From Atopobiaceae bacterium (lineage in GTDB: Bacteria > Actinomycetota > Coriobacteriia > Coriobacteriales > Atopobiaceae): DNA of 64,000 nucleotides. The stretch lies in contig CADFJN010000012.1 in NCBI GenBank assembly GCA_902834555.1, positions 1,602-65,601 of the forward strand. The letters run 5' to 3'. The translations under genes and the position numbers were made by a program. Positions 61,278-64,000 of this stretch are shown here, piece by piece (position 1 is the first letter of the stretch; each line of letters begins with the position of its first letter). The notes under the pieces are model-generated. The model searched no databases and was not told the origin of the DNA. It was given only the letters and a program-made list of their open reading frames with translations.

Positions 61278-61400
61278 TTTATCGGAATTTGAGAATAGAG
61301 TTGCTCGCCAACTGGGCAAACACGGCGCCTGATTCTCAGAAACCGCTAAAGAAGGAGGGGGCAAGAGGGACCTCAGGGGCGCCGGGAAGGGACACACAAC

Positions 61401-61432
61401 AAAAAAGGCGCCCCGGCCGAAACCGGGGCGCC
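61401..61432 (-). terminator. Rho-independent terminator of hsp20
   Basis: Minus strand reads GGCGCCCCGGTTTCGGCCGGGGCGCCTTTTTT, about 40 nt after the stop at 61472. Confidence 0.8.
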
Positions 61433-61471
61433 ATTGCGCGCTACGCGCTGCATAGGGCAAAGCCTACGCCG

Positions 61472-61900
61472 CTAGTCGATTGCCACCTTCGTGACGTTGG
61501 ACTTCTCCGCCTGCTTGGGGACATTGACGGAAAGGACACCGCCATCCATCTTTGCGGTTAGGCCATCCGTCGCAGCATCCTTCAGGTACACGCCACGGCT
61601 TGCCTGCCACTCCGAGGTCTCCTTCTGCAGGTAGTTCTTGTTCTTCTCCTCGTCGGACTCCTTCTTGTCCACGCTGATGGAAAGCCTGCCCTCGTTGAGC
61701 TCGACGTCGACCTCGTCCTTCTTGACGCCCGGGAGCTCGGCGGTGACCACGTACTTGTCGCCCGCGTCCTCGACGTTCATCTTGAAGGCGTCATCTGCGC
61801 TGATCGTTGCGAGAGGAGCGAAGAAGTCGTCGAAGGCTCCAAACGGCCATGCCCTGCGAAGTGCCTTCTCGTAATCACTATAAGGAACCATGCCAGCCAT
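61472..61900 (-). CDS. Small heat-shock protein (Hsp20/alpha-crystallin family)
   Basis: AAGGAG RBS precedes ATG 61900. DAGDKYVVTAELPGVKKDEVDVELNEGRLSISV...GVLSVNVPK. Confidence 0.88.
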   Translation of the reverse strand: MAGMVPYSDYEKALRRAWPFGAFDDFFAPLATISADDAFKMNVEDAGDKYVVTAELPGVKKDEVDVELNEGRLSISVDKKESDEEKNKNYLQKETSEWQASRGVYLKDAATDGLTAKMDGGVLSVNVPKQAEKSNVTKVAID

Positions 61901-62005
61901 CGTTACCACTCCTTCTATATGGTGGAAGCCCTTTCTTTGGGCTTCCTTGGGTTCACTCTTATATGTTCCCCGCTGCGATTCCTTTATACACTCTATCTAA
62001 GATTT

Positions 62006-62026
62006 TCTAAGTCATTTGTACTTAGA
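62006..62026. promoter_or_regulatory. 7-7-7 inverted repeat TCTAAGT-N7-ACTTAGA upstream of hsp20 (HAIR-like architecture)
   Basis: tctaagtcatttgtacttaga lies about 105 nt upstream of the hsp20 ATG in an AT-rich promoter region. The HspR operator consensus is CTTGAGT-N7-ACTCAAG. Confidence 0.35.
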
Positions 62027-62079
62027 TATTTCGCAAACCTCGAGGTTAAGCAGCCCGCCTCTCTCACCCCAACTACGCC

Positions 62080-62154
62080 AAACTACGCGCGGTCGCGATT
62101 GAGCTTTGTGTGATGCTGGCTTTAGCCCGTCTCGTCCCTTACCCGTGCGTAGTT
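62080..62154. repeat. 76-nt IR-bounded element, copy 2
   Basis: aaactacgcgcggtcgcgattgagctttgtgtgatgctgg...ccgtgcgtagtt. Compare 3740-3815. Confidence 0.75.
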
Positions 62155-62401
62155 CCAACACCTGTCGGGGTGGTGGAATCGCCTCACACTGCCACCCTCT
62201 CTTCCCTCGAGGTATTGGTGGGACAAGAATTCGACATTTTGCAGCCCCTTCGGCGTTAATTCCGTACGAAAACGACCCGACAACGACGACAGGGGGTTGC
62301 AGGACGATTGTTCTAGCACCCCGGCATGAACGCCGCAGTGAGAATCGTGGGGAGAACCACAGCGTCTAGACTGGGAAAGCGGCGGACGAGAGGAGCGGCA
62401 C

Positions 62402-63520
62402 ATGGCAAGGGGCGGCCGAGAAAAGCAGGACCGGGCGACAAGGAACCGCCTTGTGGCCGCAGCCCTCCTGGCAGCCGCCTGCCCGCTGCTCGCGGCCATC
62501 TTCTCGCAGCCAGACCTGCAGGCAATCCTCTTCCCCGGCTATCGCCGGCTCTCGAAGCCCCTGCTGTCCGCGCTCGCCACCGCAACCTCCGTAGCCCCCT
62601 TTGCCGTCTGGGATTGGCTCACGGCAGGCCTTGTGGTGGCGGCCTTCACGACGCTGGTGCACCGCATCCGCCGCCACCAGCGCCTCCTTCCGTGGCTCTC
62701 GGTTGTGGCGCTGGTCGTGGCCGCAACGGCGTTCCTGGGCACCGCCGACTGGGCGCTCAACCACTATGCCCCGGAGCTCTCGCAGGACCTTGGCCTTGAG
62801 GTTGGCCAGTACAGCGAGGACCAGCTTGCGGATGCCACCTCGTACTACCTTGACCAGGCGGCCTCACGTGCGCAGCTGGTCCCGCGCGAGGAGGACGGCA
62901 CCCTCTCCCACCAGGACTTCTACGAGCTGGCACGCATCGCCGGGGCATCGTACGCGCCGCTCTCCCAGCGCTACGAGGTCTTCTCAGGCAGCACCGCCCC
63001 CGTAAAGTCGCTCCTGCTCTTTGGCGAGCCCCTGCTCTACAGCGGCCACACGGGAATCTTCTGGGCTGCAACCGCTGAGTCGAGCGTGCCCCTTCACACC
63101 GCGACCGCCGAGCTCCCCTTTACGATGTGCCACGAGGCCGCGCACCGACTGGGCATAGCCAGCGAGCAGGAAGCCAACTTCTCGGCGTTTCTCGCCTGCT
63201 CCACCAGCGACGACGTGCGCTTCTCGTATTCCGGCTACTACTCTGCCTTCAACTACTGCGTGAACGCCCTGCTGGTGGAAGACCCGGAGCGCGCACAGCA
63301 GCTGGTCTCGGACGCGCTCACAGGCGAGAACGGCGCTGGCGTGGGGCTCGTGCTGCAGGACCGCACCGCCACGCAGGCCCACTACCAGGCCTTCGAAGGT
63401 CCCTTCGAGGACGTGGGCACCACGGTCAACGACACCTACCTCAAGAGCTTTGGCGAGAAGGACGGTGTGCGCTCGTACGGCCTGGTTGTTGACTACCTGC
63501 TCGCCTGGCTCGACGAGTAG
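62402..63520 (+). CDS. DUF3810-family membrane protein (putative Zn-metallopeptidase, HEAAH motif)
   Basis: N-terminal TM segments. FTMCHEAAHRLGIASEQEANF. GVRSYGLVVDYLLAW at the C-terminus. Confidence 0.75.
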   Translation: MARGGREKQDRATRNRLVAAALLAAACPLLAAIFSQPDLQAILFPGYRRLSKPLLSALATATSVAPFAVWDWLTAGLVVAAFTTLVHRIRRHQRLLPWLSVVALVVAATAFLGTADWALNHYAPELSQDLGLEVGQYSEDQLADATSYYLDQAASRAQLVPREEDGTLSHQDFYELARIAGASYAPLSQRYEVFSGSTAPVKSLLLFGEPLLYSGHTGIFWAATAESSVPLHTATAELPFTMCHEAAHRLGIASEQEANFSAFLACSTSDDVRFSYSGYYSAFNYCVNALLVEDPERAQQLVSDALTGENGAGVGLVLQDRTATQAHYQAFEGPFEDVGTTVNDTYLKSFGEKDGVRSYGLVVDYLLAWLDE

Positions 63521-64000
63521 CGCTCGGCGTCGCGCCGGATGCGGTCCGCCTCTCGCCGCTCTTCCTCGGTGGGCGACGGCAGGTGCGCCCCCAGGTCCGC
63601 CGGCACGTCGCGCCCATAGCGCACAATGTCGTTCTCCAGCACACCCGCCGTGTCCTCGGGCAGGTACACCGAGAGGCTCCCGCCCTTGCAGGCAAACTCG
63701 GCGCAGCCGTCGTCTCCCACGCAGGCGTCGGACTCCCCGCCCAGCACCGAGACCCACCGCTCGCCGGCGTGGCGCGACCCCACGTACATGCGCTTTGCTC
63801 CGCCCGCGCGATCGGTGAGCACGCAGGCCACGCCGGAGCCGCCGTGGCGCCCGTCCCCCTCGCGCGTCCAGCCAACAACGTCGGGATCATCGAGGTAGTC
63901 GTGCTGCGGCCCGTAGGCAAAGCGGCGCCGTAGCTCCATGAGCAGCGGCAGTTCGCGCACGGCGGGGATGTTGCCGTCGTTGGGCATGCCAAAGAGGTCT
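63493..64000 (-). CDS. Alpha-amylase (GH13) C-terminal part; the gene starts beyond the right edge
   Basis: The frame is open to the window edge (..[49 protein letters not shown]...GGAKRMYVG...GSLSVYL). It closely parallels the Bacillus-type amylase C-terminus ([22 protein letters not shown]...GGAKRMYVG). Confidence 0.8.
   Translation of the reverse strand, partial: [168 protein letters not shown]

Noticed and set aside
63493-63520. 28-bp convergent overlap of the DUF3810 gene and the amylase gene as a possible regulatory antisense arrangement
   Set aside because: Short 3'-3' overlaps are common in compact genomes. The amylase C-terminal tail is low-complexity and its true stop could be as called. 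Nothing further supports a special role.

Overview
This is a high-GC chromosome segment with strong GC3 coding bias. The gene content (single-chain PurL, CBS-type family II pyrophosphatase, PPi-type phosphofructokinase, L-LDH, EttA, lipoprotein serpin, Hsp20) suggests a Gram-positive anaerobe of the Coriobacteriia type, but that is inference only. I support about 50 protein genes. Most are housekeeping or central metabolism. The rest include a Zur-type metal uptake operon, a fruR-fruK pair, cell-envelope genes, and one visibly AT-richer island at about 29.0-32.3 kb (serpin, DUF4143 AAA ATPase, nested inverted repeats). I recognised no rRNA, tRNA, CRISPR array, transposase or integrase. The top candidate for a new system is a minus-strand operon at 42.1-50.6 kb. 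In it, a YidC/Oxa1-like insertase domain is fused to a TagF-type CDP-glycerol glycerophosphotransferase. That fusion gene is translationally coupled to three tandem LtaS/sulfatase-family membrane proteins. The first ~85 conserved codons of those three genes (plus the 5' UTR for two of them) are almost identical at the DNA level, while the rest has diverged. This suggests a possible undescribed teichoic-acid-like assembly module that is undergoing gene conversion. Other notable points: an in-frame TAG splits a membrane-anchored polysaccharide deacetylase; a GT2-wHTH fusion gene appears frameshifted; a short peptide-deformylase-like protein has HMVDH in place of HExxH; an esterase is fused to a coiled coil and a histone-H1-like PAKK tail; a small His/Cys-rich membrane protein sits inside the Zur operon; a PAI-like fatty-acid isomerase sits where fruA would be expected; and a UvrA paralog lacks the UvrB-binding domain. 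The intergenic DNA is unusually rich in several distinct repeat families: hairpin arrays, an 80-bp TIR element, a 76-nt IR element, a 31-bp perfect palindrome at two stop codons, and CTTCTCGGC-type minisatellites. Many long ORFs in the track are antisense shadow ORFs of this GC-rich DNA and were rejected. Coordinates of hand-located motifs may be off by 1-2 nt.
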